64,000 nt of DNA from Rhizodiscina lignyota (Eukaryota). How positions within the stretch are numbered: position 1 is the stretch's first letter; every line of letters starts with the position of its first letter. A program made the position numbers and the translations under genes. Under the pieces are notes generated by a model that was given only the letters and a program-made list of their open reading frames with translations, had not been told where the DNA came from and did no database searches. This document shows positions 35,471-48,877 of this stretch, piece after piece. The DNA lies in contig ML978137.1 in assembly GCA_010015805.1 (NCBI GenBank), forward strand, positions 496,001 to 560,000, written 5' to 3'.

Positions 35471-36669
35471 CTACAATGTTATCTCACCCTTCCAAGCACC
35501 ATCAGTGATTCCCAGTGAGTCGACGCAATGCTGCCATCTCGGACCACCCTTCTCCTTCCTCCACAAATACTTCAGTAGCTTCTGCCTCCGATGAACCAGG
35601 AGCCTCAAATTTCTCTTATTCGATTTATCTCCCTTCCCCCTCGACTCCAGAAACTGACTCAGTGTGCGGATCTTCGCCGTCAGAATCGCAATCTGCACCT
35701 CTGAGCTGCCCGTGTCTGGCCCTGCGCGTAGCTTCTCATTCGCAGCACGCCTCTCTTCCGCCTTCTTCGTCTCCTCAGCTACCCACGCCGCAGGGTCGGG
35801 GTGGTGTCTGCAGATCGCTGGGAGGCTGACTGGGCGCTGTGGCAATGTCTGGTCGGTATTGTGCCGCCCGAAAGTGTCTATGGAGCGCTGGATATTGACA
35901 CGCCTTCGGTCTGCAGAGCTGGCGTTGGTGAGGCTGGCGATGCGTACGATTGCTGCAGTCGCATTGTCGTGCCGTGCTTTGTGCTCTTTTATCAACTTCG
36001 CTTCCTTCTCTGCCTCTGCAGCTTCTCGCGCTTTCCTGGCCTCTTGCTCTGCCGTGGACGCGTTGGTTACTTCACCCTCAGCAGAATCTGTCCCAGCCGT
36101 AGGCTTATTGGCGCTGAGATCTGGAACGGCTTTCAAGACCTTCTCTGGCACTGGCGCAGATAGGACATAAGACTCGTCAAGACGCTGCTCTATTTCGCTC
36201 GCTGACAGAAAGTGTTTTAGGTGTGAGCCTTTCAGCGTTTCCAGCTTCTTCCGCAGTTTAAATGCCTCCGCTGATTCTCCTTGCACAGGGACTGCAACAT
36301 CTTCTTTCCCTTCAAGCTCCTGCCCTGCCGTGTCAAAGGTTTCTAAAAATGGCGTCGTGACGCCCTTGACCGGATCACCGTACGCAGCTGCGCGCTGCTT
36401 CCTTAGGACCTCTTGTCGCGATTGGTTCGCGGCTCTTTTTGCTGCTGCTTGTGCGAGGATGTACGGATCGCGTGATCGCCTCTTCTGTTGTGCGGTCGAA
36501 GCGTGTGAGGGAGCTGTCGATGTGAAGGATCGGAAGGGGAGGACGAAAGATGTTGGAGGAGTTTGATGCGCTACTATGTGGTCAATGGGTTGGATCAATT
36601 CCTTGCGAGCCAGTATGAATTACCTTGGGAGCTCCGCAGGCACGGGAATCGTGGTATTCGCGGCGGCAT
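35471..36669 (-). CDS. MRPS28: Mitochondrial ribosomal protein uS15m (Mrps28-like)
   Basis: C-terminal S15 signature DTGSSEVQIAILTAKI...DKSNKRNLRLLVHRRQKLLKYL. N-terminus is an Arg-rich presequence. Intron is 36574-36623. Confidence 0.92.
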
Positions 36670-37142
36670 TGCTGTATGGCTCTCGAAGGAAAGTTCAAGC
36701 TCTGAGGTTCAGAAAAGTATCACCGAATTCTTGGCGCGATTTGCCGATCACGTGCCTATGGGGGAAGTGAGAGGGTTCCGGTTGCCCAGCTGGTAAGGTA
36801 TATTGCTGTGCAAATAGTCCAGAAATGTGTTTAAATATCATTGAGTACTACGAGTATGCTAAATATAGTTGATCAAAGCCAATGATCAAATACAGTGTAG
36901 TTGTTGGTCCACCCATTGCGATAGTAAAAGTACATCATCCAATCAAATCCCTGAAAAGTAGAAGAGGAACACTGCAGCATCGAGATGAACAATGCATTGT
37001 ATGGGGATTAGCATTAATTTTCGCTATAATGACAGTAAATATTCCAACACACGAATCGCCTTGTATGAACTTCCGTGCTGCGTCTAACGTCAACACATGT
37101 CCCTTTGTGTTCCCCTTTCACGGCTCACAATGAGCAACGCCT

Positions 37143-38280
37143 TTGGAGGTTATATCAAGGTTTGAAAGATTTCGTCATGATCTCGGTTCTAAGCTCTTAC
37201 GGTTTCCTATTTCAAGTGCCATACTCAGTCGATTCGATCCCAAGATGTCCAGGTGCCGCAACTGTGCCATGCCATTGCCGATGTCAGGGAATAATCCAAC
37301 AAAACAGGATGGCTGCGATACAATGGTTGAATCTAGTCGCAGACAGTCAAGCCATGTTCCGCAAGAAAGAACTTTTATATGTTCCTCCTGCAACACTCCG
37401 AATGTTTGGCCGGATCCGTCAGAGTCCGTTAGATCGACGGAACAGAGCAGGCAACTCCCTCCATGGAGTTATCGAGGGCTGGAACTGATCGAAAATAGGC
37501 TCCACCAAAGGATCCCGTCGTTCAACCAGGGACGGTTTCATGCACAGCCAGGCCGATGGGCTTCCGTCGGCAGCAGACCTGCATCAGGTCACCATAGCGA
37601 AGTCGAGTCTAGCGATGCTGAGAGAACCATGCCTAGACCGTTCAGTAGCCACCGAGGGCATAGAAAGGCGTTGGAAAAGAGAAGCAAGTCGAATTTAGAA
37701 AGAATCCCAGAACTGCTCGAGCTCAACGATAGCATTGTGTCGGACAAGGGTAAGTTTAGGATTCCATCGCCTCTTCGTATTCGACCACTGCCATCGCCTG
37801 TACATGGATATCCGGCTTCTGCAAAAAAATATAATGGCGGTTTGCCAGAAGGGAAAATGAATGCATCGGACGCCCAACCTTACCGGCAGGTACGTCGAAC
37901 CCAATCCACAGGATCTCTGGCACATCGACGAGAGCGTGAGCGACTTAGCATAAAAATCCCCGACGCAGCATTCGGTCACAAGAGTTTATTGGGTGTCACT
38001 CCCCCGGCAACCGGCTACGGGCTGAGATCGGCTCAAGAGGCATTGGAGCCGACAGATGGTGCGCTGTATTCTCAAGCAGTGGTGTCAGGATACATTCAAT
38101 TTCCTGCTACCGTTTGCCCGCCCTACCTGCTTAGGGTGGGTGCATCGAACAATGACGAAAAGAACAATGAGCGTGAGACAAAGACTGAGCCGGTGCGACA
38201 CCCCGTGGGAAAGGGAAGTAATTAGACCAATTCGCAAGACTCGGAAAGCAGGAAGCGCAAAAGAGAAGCAGAGGAGATGA
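37143..38280 (+). CDS. Hypothetical Ser/Arg-rich protein with N-terminal CxxC pairs
   Basis: 360-aa open frame with CRNC and CSSC motifs. A possible intron at 38059-38134 would end the gene at 38280. Start and end are both uncertain. Confidence 0.45.
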
Positions 38281-39128
38281 CCACGGAGGAGACACAAGAG
38301 AAGGCAGACGCCTTCATGGACAGGAGCAAGCGAGTGGAGGCGAAAGGAAAACAAGTGCTCTGTCTCCAGCTGGTGGATATAAGGCGTTCAGATATGTATC
38401 CAAACTGCGCTGACTGCGGAGTTTTGGGGGGATCTAAATGTTCATGCACGAGGAAGCGCTAGGACATGCGGGAGATCAACGGCTTGCAAATCGTGCAGCC
38501 AAATATGCATATTCTAGCTACTGAAGGATTGGGCAGACGCAGAGAAATTGAAATTATTCCAAGAGGGGCTTTGATCATCGCATTGTGGCATACATGGCAG
38601 ACTTGGCAGCAGATAGGCAGAAGATACAGGAAATGATGCTGGCCGCGTCTGATGAGGTCGTTTCAAGTCGCAGCGATGGCGCCTGTAAAAGCCGCGCCGT
38701 TCCCGCGCACGCTGCCATGCTTTATCTCGCGCTAGCCGCGTTGGGCCAGGCGATAAAGGCCGGCAAATTGTGAAGGAGGATTGGCAGGCGAGCCGGCTCT
38801 TGCATGCAGATTGCAGCATCGTCATAACCATGGCAACCTCCTCTCCCGCGCGTCGCCCTTCCTCCTCTTCACTTCGTCAAACACCCACATCTCAATCTCG
38901 AGATCACGGAAGGAGGGACGCGTGGAAGTCGCGCTGGACATCATTGCGCTCGTTGACTGCCCTCGCTCAGTCAGTTCTCTGACGCTTCATTCGTTACATC
39001 GCCGCGGCGGAAAATCCAAGCACTCGCTCGTGGCGTAATTGCGCGGAGAGGCCTCAATTGGATTTTCACTGTGCCCTCACCACCTAAATCCTCCTCCTAT
39101 CGACTAATCCTTCGTTCAACTCGCCAAT

Positions 39129-40481
39129 ATGCGCATTTCGACTGTCATCGGCGTCGCTGCCGGCCTGGCTGCTGGTGTCAGTGCCCTGCCGACAATCGAA
39201 GTTAAAGGCGCGAAGCTCTTCACGAGCGATGGCGACCAGTACTTCATCAAGGGTCAGTGTTGTTCCAACTATCCTCTTGAATGAAGCTTTATTAAACATA
39301 GTCCTGCAGGCATCGCGTATCAACTCACGCCTGACGATCCGCTCCTCGACGATGAGCAATGTCAACGCGACGCCAAACTCATGTCGACCATTGGCACGAA
39401 TGCCATCCGTGTTTACCATGTCAATGGTCACCAAGACCACTCCGCGTGCATGAAGACCTTCGCAGACAACGGAATCTATCTCTGGGTGGACCTGGACACA
39501 TTCTCTACGCAGATTGATCAAGAAGCTCCACACTGGAACGAGACCCAGCTGTCCGCGTTCCAAGAGGTCATGGACGAGTTCCAGCAGTATGACAACACGG
39601 CAGGTTTCTTCGTGGGCAACGAAGTGCTCACTACTGGCAACGGCTCTGTCGCCGCGCCATACGTCAAAGCTGCTGCTCGCGATACCAAGGCGTACCGTGA
39701 CGCGAAGCATTATCGCAAGATCCCAATTGGCTACTCCGCCGCGGATATTCCATCCCTGCGCCCAATGCTGCAGAACTACCTCGCCTGCGGCAGCAATGAA
39801 TCCGAAGCTCTAGACTTCTTCTCGCTAAACGCTTACGAGTGGTGTGGCCAGTCCTCGTACTCGGTCTCTGGATACGACATGCTCGAGAAGAACGTCACGG
39901 ACTACAACATCCCAATCTTCCTTTCCGAAACTGGCTGCAACAAGCCACCTCCACGCACGTTCGATGACCAGGCTGCCATTTTCGGGCAGATGGCCGACCA
40001 TTGGAGTGGTGCCATCATCTACGAATGGATTCAAGAATCCAACAACTACGGCCTCGTCAGCTACGGCCCATTTGTGGACCCTGCAAAGAACACCAACGCT
40101 CCTCCGGACGGATATACCCGCTCTGGCACGCCCACGCCAATCTCCCCAGACTTTGACAATCTCTCGAAGCAGTGGAAGACCCTCACTCCTTCTGGAGTCA
40201 AAGCGTCGGAGTATACGCCAAGCCTGACAGCACCTGCTTGCCCTGGTTACACCGCAGATGCGTGGGAGGTCAATGGTGATGTCAAGCTACCAAGTCTTGG
40301 CCAAACCTTCGACGCAGCTGTTCAAAGCAGTATCACTCATGGCACAGCAGGCGCTACTGCTGCTGCTAGCTCTTCTTCGTCGTCGGGCGGCGCTGGAATG
40401 CCGCAGATTACGATGGCTCCTGAATTGAAGGGTGCTGGCCTCGGTCTGGGTTTCCTGGCTGTGGGAATGGCACTTCTGTGA
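39129..40481 (+). CDS. GH72 beta-1,3-glucanosyltransferase (Gas/Gel family, no Cys-box), GPI-anchored
   Basis: Signal peptide, FIKG|IAYQ, FFVGNEV, LNAYEWCG, FLSETGC and a C-terminal hydrophobic GPI signal. Intron is 39253-39309. Confidence 0.95.
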
Positions 40482-41561
40482 GCAAGACGGAAGATAAGTG
40501 TAAAGTTTTGCTGGCCGACATTAACGTGTCCCGATGCTTAGGATAGCTGGAATCTCTTACCTCGGTGCCGACCGACTTTTCTGAAGCAGTCTAGTTGCCG
40601 GTGACTGAAGCTTTTGGCTATAGACATTGGCAGCATACTTTACTTTCTCAAATACCTATAGCAGTAAGAAGTATTCAGCACTTCACCACTTTCAGCTTTG
40701 ATGTCAGTACAATAGATGCATAGGGTGGCGTCAGGTACGAGGGACGGGCAACATTGAGCGAGGAGTTTTAGGTGGTACACGAGGCTCTTTCTTTGCGGAC
40801 GATAATGTGTACGTGGCAAGTGATGCCGATGCCTAGACAGTAAAAACAAAGTACGTCTCGTCCATGGCCCACCATATTATACATATATTGCGCTCCCACG
40901 TGTTCGTTTGCATATACTTCGGGCATTTCCAATCTCGGCAGCACAGTGTCCTGAGTGAAACAGATGGGTCGGCAGCCAATCAATTCGACGGGAGCACCCC
41001 CACATGCATGACACGAAGGAGGGATCCTTAGGAGTCCCTTCGGCGTTGATCACCCAAGCAAATGCAGAGCACCGGACTTCTCGGCAAACGCGGGCACTTA
41101 CAATTCCCCAACCGCTGAGCGGCCACTTTCAACACAAAGAAATCACCCAGCCGGTCCATTGCGGAAGACGCAGACTCTTGCGAATCCCCACGGTAGAAAA
41201 GAGGCATAAGGTCGGCCGAGTTTAAGGCTGACGATCTGGATCAGGGTCGCACTAAATTATAATTAGGGGCGAGTTCAATCGATAGAGACGGCTCGTGCGT
41301 GTCCGGTGGCTTGACAGCTCGTGGAAATTGTACTAGCGGGTCTCCAAAAATCGCGCACGACCCTTTAACCTCCGTTTGCTGTCACCTCCCTCCTTCTTTC
41401 GTTATACCTTTCGGCACCTTCCCAGGCGCTTTTCCGCGCTCTCTCCCTTCAACTTCCTCGGTCTGTGCAACTACGGCGGAAGAGCATCTCGGGACGTTCT
41501 TTGAACCCATCAGGAAGCCAGAAACGAAACGGACAAACGCCGTTTTGCCGTCGTTCAGGAC

Positions 41562-43342
41562 ATGCCTCAGAATGATGCGCTCTCTGCCAGCCACACCGAT
41601 TGCAGAGGAAACGTCAGCGTCGACTGTCCGACCGATGACGATGGCGACGACGACCCGGACCAAAGAAGCGAGGTCGGCCTACTTTCTCGAGAGCGTGCAA
41701 TGACAGCAGGCAGCTCGTCAAGCGACGAGTATCGTGGGAAATTTGGTCATCTGAATGGTACGTGCCCTCGACTCATGAATCCCATTGTAACCTTGCCTGG
41801 ACGTGATCTGAGTCTCGCGCAGATGGATTAAGAAGGGTTTCGGCCTCCAGCACCTCTATGAAGAACTGGATCCGCTCGAAGCTCCCATTGACTCAACAAG
41901 ACAAATGGTCACCGCAAAAGGACCCCGCCCCGCGGACGGGCCTGCTCTACACGATTAAGACGATTCTGTTCCAGTCGAAACTCAACGTATTACTCATCTT
42001 CGTGCCGCTCGCGTTCGCGGCCAAGTTCGCGAATTTAATCCCCATTGCCACATTTACGCTCAGCGCCTTGGCAATTATCCCCCTCACTGGACTCTTGACC
42101 TACGCCACGGAAATCGTGGCGCTCAGCCTTGGCGTCGGCCTTGGAGCTTTGCTGAACATCACGTTTGGCAATCTTGTCGAGCTGATCATCTTGATCTTCA
42201 TGCTGCAGGAGGGCCATCTGAGACTGGTACTGGCATCCCTTCTCGGTTCGATCTTCGTGAATCTGCTATTCATTTTGGGAATAGCAGTTATTGCCGGAGG
42301 CTTAAGAAATCAAGAGCAGCTCTATAGTCAAAGATTGACGCAGATGCTCGTTTATTTCATGAATTTGGGCATTCTGAGCTTGTTGATCCCGGTATGCTGA
42401 CCTTTCTGGCACGTGAACAGCGATATGATCGAATTGCTAATGTCTGCAGACCTCGCTCCATGCTTGCATCAAGAAGTCGAAGCAAGCGGATTCCGTCACT
42501 CTGGACTTCAGCCGTGGCATTGCAATCACTCTCCTACTTGTGTACGGCCTTTATCTGCACTTCATGCTTAGATCTCGCTACTCAATGTACGACGAGCTCG
42601 ACTCACGATCAGTATCATCCGATGGCGAAGCTCAACATGAAACCGCCGCCAGACCGAAGATGGCCGGAACTCGTTCACTAACGCCTTCGATCGAGATGCA
42701 ACAACTAGGCAATTCGCACGGCCGCAGTTTGAGCGAATCTCGATCTTCTTTTGTAGCGGCGGCGAGGATTCCTGTGCCGCCGGAGGAGCTGGATGAGGAA
42801 GCTGCCATTACCCGAAACGCCTCGCTAGTGCTGCTCGTCGTATCGGCATGCGTGGTGTCATTCTGCGCCGAGTTTCTTGTCGACTCTATCGAACACGTCG
42901 TCGCAAACGCACGACTCACTGAAGCTTTCCTTGGTCTTATCATTCTGCCTCTTCTTGGCAACACCGCAGAGCTCGCAACGGCAGTCACTGTTGCCGTAAA
43001 GAACAAGATGGATCTCGCTATCAACGTGACCATCGGTTCTGCGATTCAAATTACCCTTTTCATGGCCCCGACTATGGTCGCGTTGAGCTGGTTTATGGGA
43101 AAGGATTTAAGTATGCATTTTAATATATTCCAGATCATCACCTTGCTCGCAACAGTGGCGATGGTGAATGGAATGATGTTGAGCGGGAGGACTCACTATC
43201 TTCTGGGAGCACTGCTGTGCTGTTGTTACATCATTATTGGGTGAGTTTGTTCTGGCTTGAGTGTGAAAGGGCCATCTGCTAATATAGTGTCAGAATTGGG
43301 GCATATGTCTTCCCGAATCAGGGTCACAGAGAAAACGCATAA
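41562..43342 (+). CDS. Ca2+/H+ antiporter (CAX/Vcx1 family)
   Basis: Alpha-repeats TFGNLVE and LLGNTAE, plus GSAIQITLF. Introns are 41758-41822, 42392-42449 and 43241-43293. Confidence 0.9.
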
Positions 43343-43619
43343 GACTGGGAAATTAATTGAACAGAATCTGACAAGGATTTCATTTGGAGTCTCTGTTACT
43401 AGTCTATAGATATATCGCACGCCAGCGATTCCAATTTCTCGGTATATAATTACGATATCGGCGACATCGAAACGGACAGGGGGCGCTATGGTATCGAAAT
43501 CGATCTCTCGGAGCAAAATCTGTGCAGGTTCATTGACAACGATGCTTGTCTCTTTTTCCTTTTACCGAACGATCACGTAGAGATGAATCGCCTACAGTCA
43601 GATCTTTAAAATTTCACCC

Positions 43620-44072
43620 TTAGTCCTTTTCTAGCCACTGAGCCATGCCCATATTCCCCGGCATCGTATCCCGGAACCCATACCTTGCATACAGCCCCCT
43701 CGCCCCCGGCGCCGCAAACAACATGACATATGCCCCGGGCGCACCCTTCGGCGCTCTCTTCTTGATTTCTTCCATAAGCGTCGACATGATGAAGTCGCCC
43801 AGTCCTTTACGTTGGTGTGATGGCAGCACTACGATATCGCCGATGCTGAAGAACCAGCCGCCATCGCCAATTATGCGGCCCATTGCGACTGCGTGGGATG
43901 GATCCGATTGGTGGGTGATGTGGATGGTGTGCCAGGAGCCGTGGAGCGCTGCTTCTGCCTGGCTGGGATTGATGGGCGTCAGTGTAGGCGAGGATTGGCG
44001 GAGGGCGAGATAGTCCTGCACGGAGGGAGGGGAGGTGTTAATCTCGTATCCTTCTGAGAGAGTTGGAGCCAT
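43620..44072 (-). CDS. GNAT-family N-acetyltransferase
   Basis: Intronless 150-aa ORF with MGRIIGDGG, VLPSHQRKGLG (acetyl-CoA motif A) and LYARYGF. Confidence 0.9.
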   Translation of the reverse strand: MAPTLSEGYEINTSPPSVQDYLALRQSSPTLTPINPSQAEAALHGSWHTIHITHQSDPSHAVAMGRIIGDGGWFFSIGDIVVLPSHQRKGLGDFIMSTLMEEIKKRAPKGAPGAYVMLFAAPGARGLYARYGFRDTMPGNMGMAQWLEKD

Positions 44073-45095
44073 GGAGATGTTTTGGATTGGTAAGTTTGGA
44101 AAGGTGCTGAGGTCGAAATAGCGAGAAGCCTGAGGTATATATGGGCTTTGTGCTGTGGACGATACGACTGACGGAGATTCAATTGAGAGATGGGTTGGGA
44201 AGATAAAGAAGTACGGAGATCAATTGGTGATACTTTATACTCAGGGCTAGACGTGAAGTTGGATAACTAGTGAGAATCAAACATCACGGACGAGAGAAAA
44301 CCTTTCTGTGAACCTACATAGAGATACAGTGGAGGGAGCTGCAAGGGTGTCGCGGTGCCGTATTCAGTAATCGAAACTCCGGGGCTCGTGAGATCGACCC
44401 AAGGTATCTCTCACCTCTTTTTCTCAGCGCGACAATTCTAGAACTCGTCCATTTTTCGATCTTGATCAATCTGTTACTTCCAGGACGATGCCTACGAGAC
44501 GGTCCGACTAGCAATTCCTTCTCGGAGAGCTCGGTGTCAAACCTGCCACTCTTCTGCCGGCTCAAAGCTTGGTGCTTGCGACAGTTCCCCCGACTGACAG
44601 ATGGAACGAAACTGTGACCCATCCCGATTCGTGTTGGCGAAAGATTGGAGGCAAATTGTTGTTCTATTACAAAGCAATGAGGGCACAGCAGCATTGTACG
44701 TAACGAGTAGGTTCCACTTCAGAGAGGGGACACGCCCGCACGTGAGGACGTGTGCCATCCATCCCCGCATTCCTCCAGCCACAGGAGTCTTGGGAAAGAC
44801 GGGCGAAGTCGTAATGAGGCAGCCTCAATTGCGCGTCAAGAGTAAATTGACTTGGCGACCACGACTTCGCTTCGAAAAGTCGAAGAGCGGAAAGACCAGA
44901 TCTTCTCCGCTTCCGTCGTTGTACCAAAAAAAGAAATTCTGCTGCTGTGCAGCTCCGACCGTTCTGTGAAGCTAAAGCAATGTTTACGGTCAGCCTCTGT
45001 CGATCACCGAATTGCTCGTATAAAGTGCTCGTCTATTCTCCCCAGCTGAAATTCGACTCTTCCAAGTTCAGGAATCCCTTTTTTTTCCTTCTTAA

Positions 45096-45768
45096 ATGAG
45101 AGCACTGCGTCTGCCTTCCATCTCAAGAATCTCGAAGCCACTGGCCGTTAATCGTCCATTCTCTATCAAAATGTCGGCCCCGATCAAAGTCAATACTGAT
45201 GCCACGCCTGTGATCATCTACGGGCGTCTTGACCGTATGGCGCGTGGGGTCGCAGAGCATATGGCCCCAGAATATGATGGTAAGTCTTGCCCGAATTCCG
45301 ATGCGTCTACTTTTCTTTTTCCTATGCGGTCATCCTACATGCTACTACACACACACACACTATCTCTTGTATATTCAGCCTCTCCCTCCTCAAATACACT
45401 CCTAACACTATCCAGTCGTCCATGCCTGCACGGCTTACGCCGCTGCTATCCACGAGATTCCCAACCTTCTTTCCGGGGATGTGGACATCCGTCCATCCAA
45501 CAACATCGGTAGCAATGCGAGCCGCGATGCGGGCGCAAACGTCATTCCGAAGATCGTGTGCTGCGGCGGCGGCATTCCGCAGGAAGAGGTTGGTGCGCTG
45601 AAAGACGCCATCAAGAACCATCCGAAGGACGGGAGCTGGAAGGATGAGGTGAAGTGGTTGCTGGTGCCGAGAGAGGAGGTGGTGGCTGCAATGGGGGAGA
45701 GTGGAGTGCCAACGCCGGAGGTTAGTGCTGGCATTTCCCGGAGGCTGCTGAAGGAGATGGGCGTCTAA
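45096..45768 (+). CDS. Small fungal hypothetical protein with a possible mitochondrial presequence
   Basis: Intron 45280-45415 joins MAPEYD|VVHAC...IPKIVCCGGGIP in frame. An Arg/Ser/Leu-rich N-terminus precedes a second ATG at 45171. Confidence 0.7.
45346..45360. repeat. (AC)n microsatellite inside an intron
   Basis: ACACACACACACAC run within intron 45280-45415. Confidence 0.7.
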
Positions 45769-46211
45769 GGTGGATATCTGGCGCTCAGCATGAATAGAGA
45801 TGGATTGTGATTTGTCTAATGGGGGTACGGAATTTATTTAGAGAAGATCTGTGAAACTTAAAGCGCACGTTGTATTCGTAAGTCGTAATGAGCATACGTC
45901 TAATGAGACCCATATTCATCTCGTACAGTTGCGTAATGATTAAGCCGAACCCGTGGGTATCATCGTCAGTCGTTAATCCACCGGAAACGCCGAGAAAACG
46001 CCCTTTCATGTCGCATAAGCCCCAAAATTACCACCAAGCCGATTGAACCATCTAAGTGATCTCCATAGGTGAGCGATTGAGACGTCCTCCCAAGAAAAGC
46101 ATGTACAATGAAGCAGAAGGCCGCCGACCAAAATATTTACAGAATGTTGAAGTGGAATATCGTGAAACGTAAAGGTCCTTTCGTACACGTAGCATTACGC
46201 GTATGCAGAGC

Positions 46212-47303
46212 TCAGTGTTTTCTTTTCTTCTCCGGCTTCTCGTGCTTCTCTTTCTTGCCAGTCTGTTTCTTGGGGTATTCATTCGTCATATTATGAACGC
46301 TCCGATAATGTTCGTGGAGATGATCGCGTCTTGAAAAGCCCTTGCCGCCAGGTTTGTTGGACCTATTACAGGCTGGATCAGTGCAGTAGAGATTTGCGTT
46401 CTTCTCATGGACAGCCTCGATATGACGCTGCAGATCGGCTTTGCGTGATGGTGCGCTGTCGCAGTCAGGATACGGGCATGGGAAGATCTTTCTAAATATG
46501 GGAGGTCAGCTTTGAAACAAAGGAAACAGAGAGGCGATTATGGATATTCCTGTTTGAGGATATGGAAGAGACGCACTTTTCCTTGCTGCCTTTACCAGCT
46601 TCTTTGCGTGCAGCAGAGTCAGCTCCCTGGGCTTCTGTGGCCCCCTCATCATTTCCGTCATTGCTGTTAAATCGCTCGTACAGCGTACTGTTGAGTTGTT
46701 TGTACCAGTTCAGATAACCTGCTGCAGCTTGGTTATATTCGTCCGTCCCTTCGGTGTAGTGGGGCTCGACTTGTGTCCAGGTTTCTAAGCTGTCTATCGT
46801 CTTGTGATCGATCTCATCCTCATGGTCCTCCACTATTTCCTTGCACGCCGTGTAATATGCCTCAATCTGTTGCTTGAGATACGTAGATAGGTTTGCCGCG
46901 TGCTGAGAGCCCCCGAGAGCCTGTTGGGGTTGCCCGTACTGAGGGATTGTGGCGTACGTATTAGAGTCCTGGTAAGAAGAGTTTGAGGCGAAGCCTCCCG
47001 CGACACTAGTGTAGCCTGGATTGTTGTATGCATTTGTGGCGTACGCACTGTGATTGGGAAAGACAAAGGCGGCATTAGGGGTTGAAGCGGTGCTGTAGTC
47101 TCCGGAAGTTGTAAAATGGAGCGAATCAATCAGCTATGGCGAAATCAATACCAAATTTCTTCGGAAAGAATATGGGCGGAGACGGACTTCGTTTGGATCC
47201 ACATAACCCTCCCAATTTGAGTTCGACATTTCCAATTTGTGAGATCCTGCCCGTGGGCGCTGTTGTTGAGGATGAAACTACCATTCATTAGCTCGCGACT
47301 CAT
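46212..47303 (-). CDS. C2H2 zinc-finger protein
   Basis: After intron 46492-46576 the protein reads FPCPYPDC...RKADLQRHIEAVH...CTDPAC...GFSRRDHLHEHYRSVH, then a basic tail. The frame is open up to an acceptor at about 47134. The first exon and start are unresolved. The finger exon is absent from the ORF track. Confidence 0.75.
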
Positions 47304-48877
47304 GATACAGCGTCCGCGACACCGAGTCGTTGACGGAGACGATTCTTACTGAGTGCCTAATATGCAGAAGCAAGGTCCGCGTTTAGGATTTGTATGCAGC
47401 CTTGCTCAATATGGCCAAAGCCGCTTGCCGCACTCGATGGTCGAGATGGTGGCGACCCATTTGCTCTCCATTAATACCCCAGAGAAAGACTAAGCGGGCG
47501 AAAGAAGGCTACGGAAATGCTGGTAGTGTCTGCCTTATCCAACGACATGAGGAGTCATTTGATGCTGTTGGATATCCGACGAGATGGAAATTGATGTGAC
47601 TTGCAGCTCTATGCTTGTATTAGCATGCAGCGCGCAAGAACGAGAGTATTAATGAGGCGGCGTATCGGGGAACAGCGAGGCTGGAATAACGATGGAGTAA
47701 GACATATAGGATTCGTCAGACATGTAGCAAGGCTGACGAGACCGAGCAAGAACTGCTGTGGCTGCAGGAAGACTTGGGAAAACGCGAAAGCCGGAAAGTG
47801 GAGAATATATCGTTGCTAAGGCGGACTAGGAGGCATCTGATGGGGACCCGCATCATCTTTGTGGCACTTCAGCCTCATGACCATGTTCCTTCACGCGTCG
47901 TTATGCGCTGTGTAACCTGTCGGATGTGAATTAGGAACAGAGTACAGCGTTGCAGAGTGTGGGGAATATGTGTTCCTTCGGTCAAGGTACGTCATTAGGT
48001 CGGACATTCCGTAGCATGACTCGGCATGAGCAACAGAAAGAGAAGAGAACATCCGTGGAAGCCGTTAGGACGGGGAAGGCTGGGACATTTGGAACTAGAC
48101 GAGGCCTTGCATGGGCCGAGACAGGATGACGGAAGGCAACACGAGCGCAGAATGTCACGACCCAAAAAAAACATGCCGAAAGAACATGGTGGTGTGATGG
48201 TTAATGAGCGGAGAAACTGGGTGATCCGTCCAATGGCGAGGCAAAAATGACTGACGAAAATGGGAGTTGGTTGTAATACAACCTCAGGCCAAAAACAAAC
48301 TGGACCCAGGCAGCAAAATTTACGCATTCGGCGGGCTTTGGATGGAGGACCGGTGAGGTGCGCGGACCATTTGCCTCGTACAACGAAGCGAGAGGGCGAA
48401 GGAGTCGTTTGCCTTGTTGTGGATATGTGGTTTGCCTTACGAGTTGAGCCGCAAGGCAACGCCAAGCCTGTGGCTGGTCTGGTACCCAATAGACGCTGCG
48501 AAATTTAGAAAACGCAAATCCATCTGTTTTGATGTTGACCAAGAGCCATGCAAAGAGGCCGCACGGTCTCCAGTTTAAACGTCCAACGAGGCAAATCTTC
48601 GTACCCCCTTATGGAACGGTTATGCAGGACAACTCACCAGGGCAAGACGAGGAAATGATCTTGTCCATAGAATCACAAGGCGGAAGGGGTGGAATGAAAC
48701 GCATTTTCGCAGGGAGAACGAGAACGTGAGAGAGTTAGCCCAGGGCACAAATTGGAGATTGATTCCAGATCTGCCTAGGAAAGCTTGAGAGCCATACAGC
48801 TACCACGATCCACTTGCATCAACCCGGGACCGAGCACAGTATCTAATGAGACGTCACGAGGTTCGCATCAGTGAGCT

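Noticed and set aside
38223..38462. Second apparent in-frame TAG between ORFs 37143-38225 and 38277-38462 (same frame)
   Set aside because: A plausible intron at 38059-38134 shifts the frame before the TAG, and the protein has no recognisable family to show that read-through is needed.
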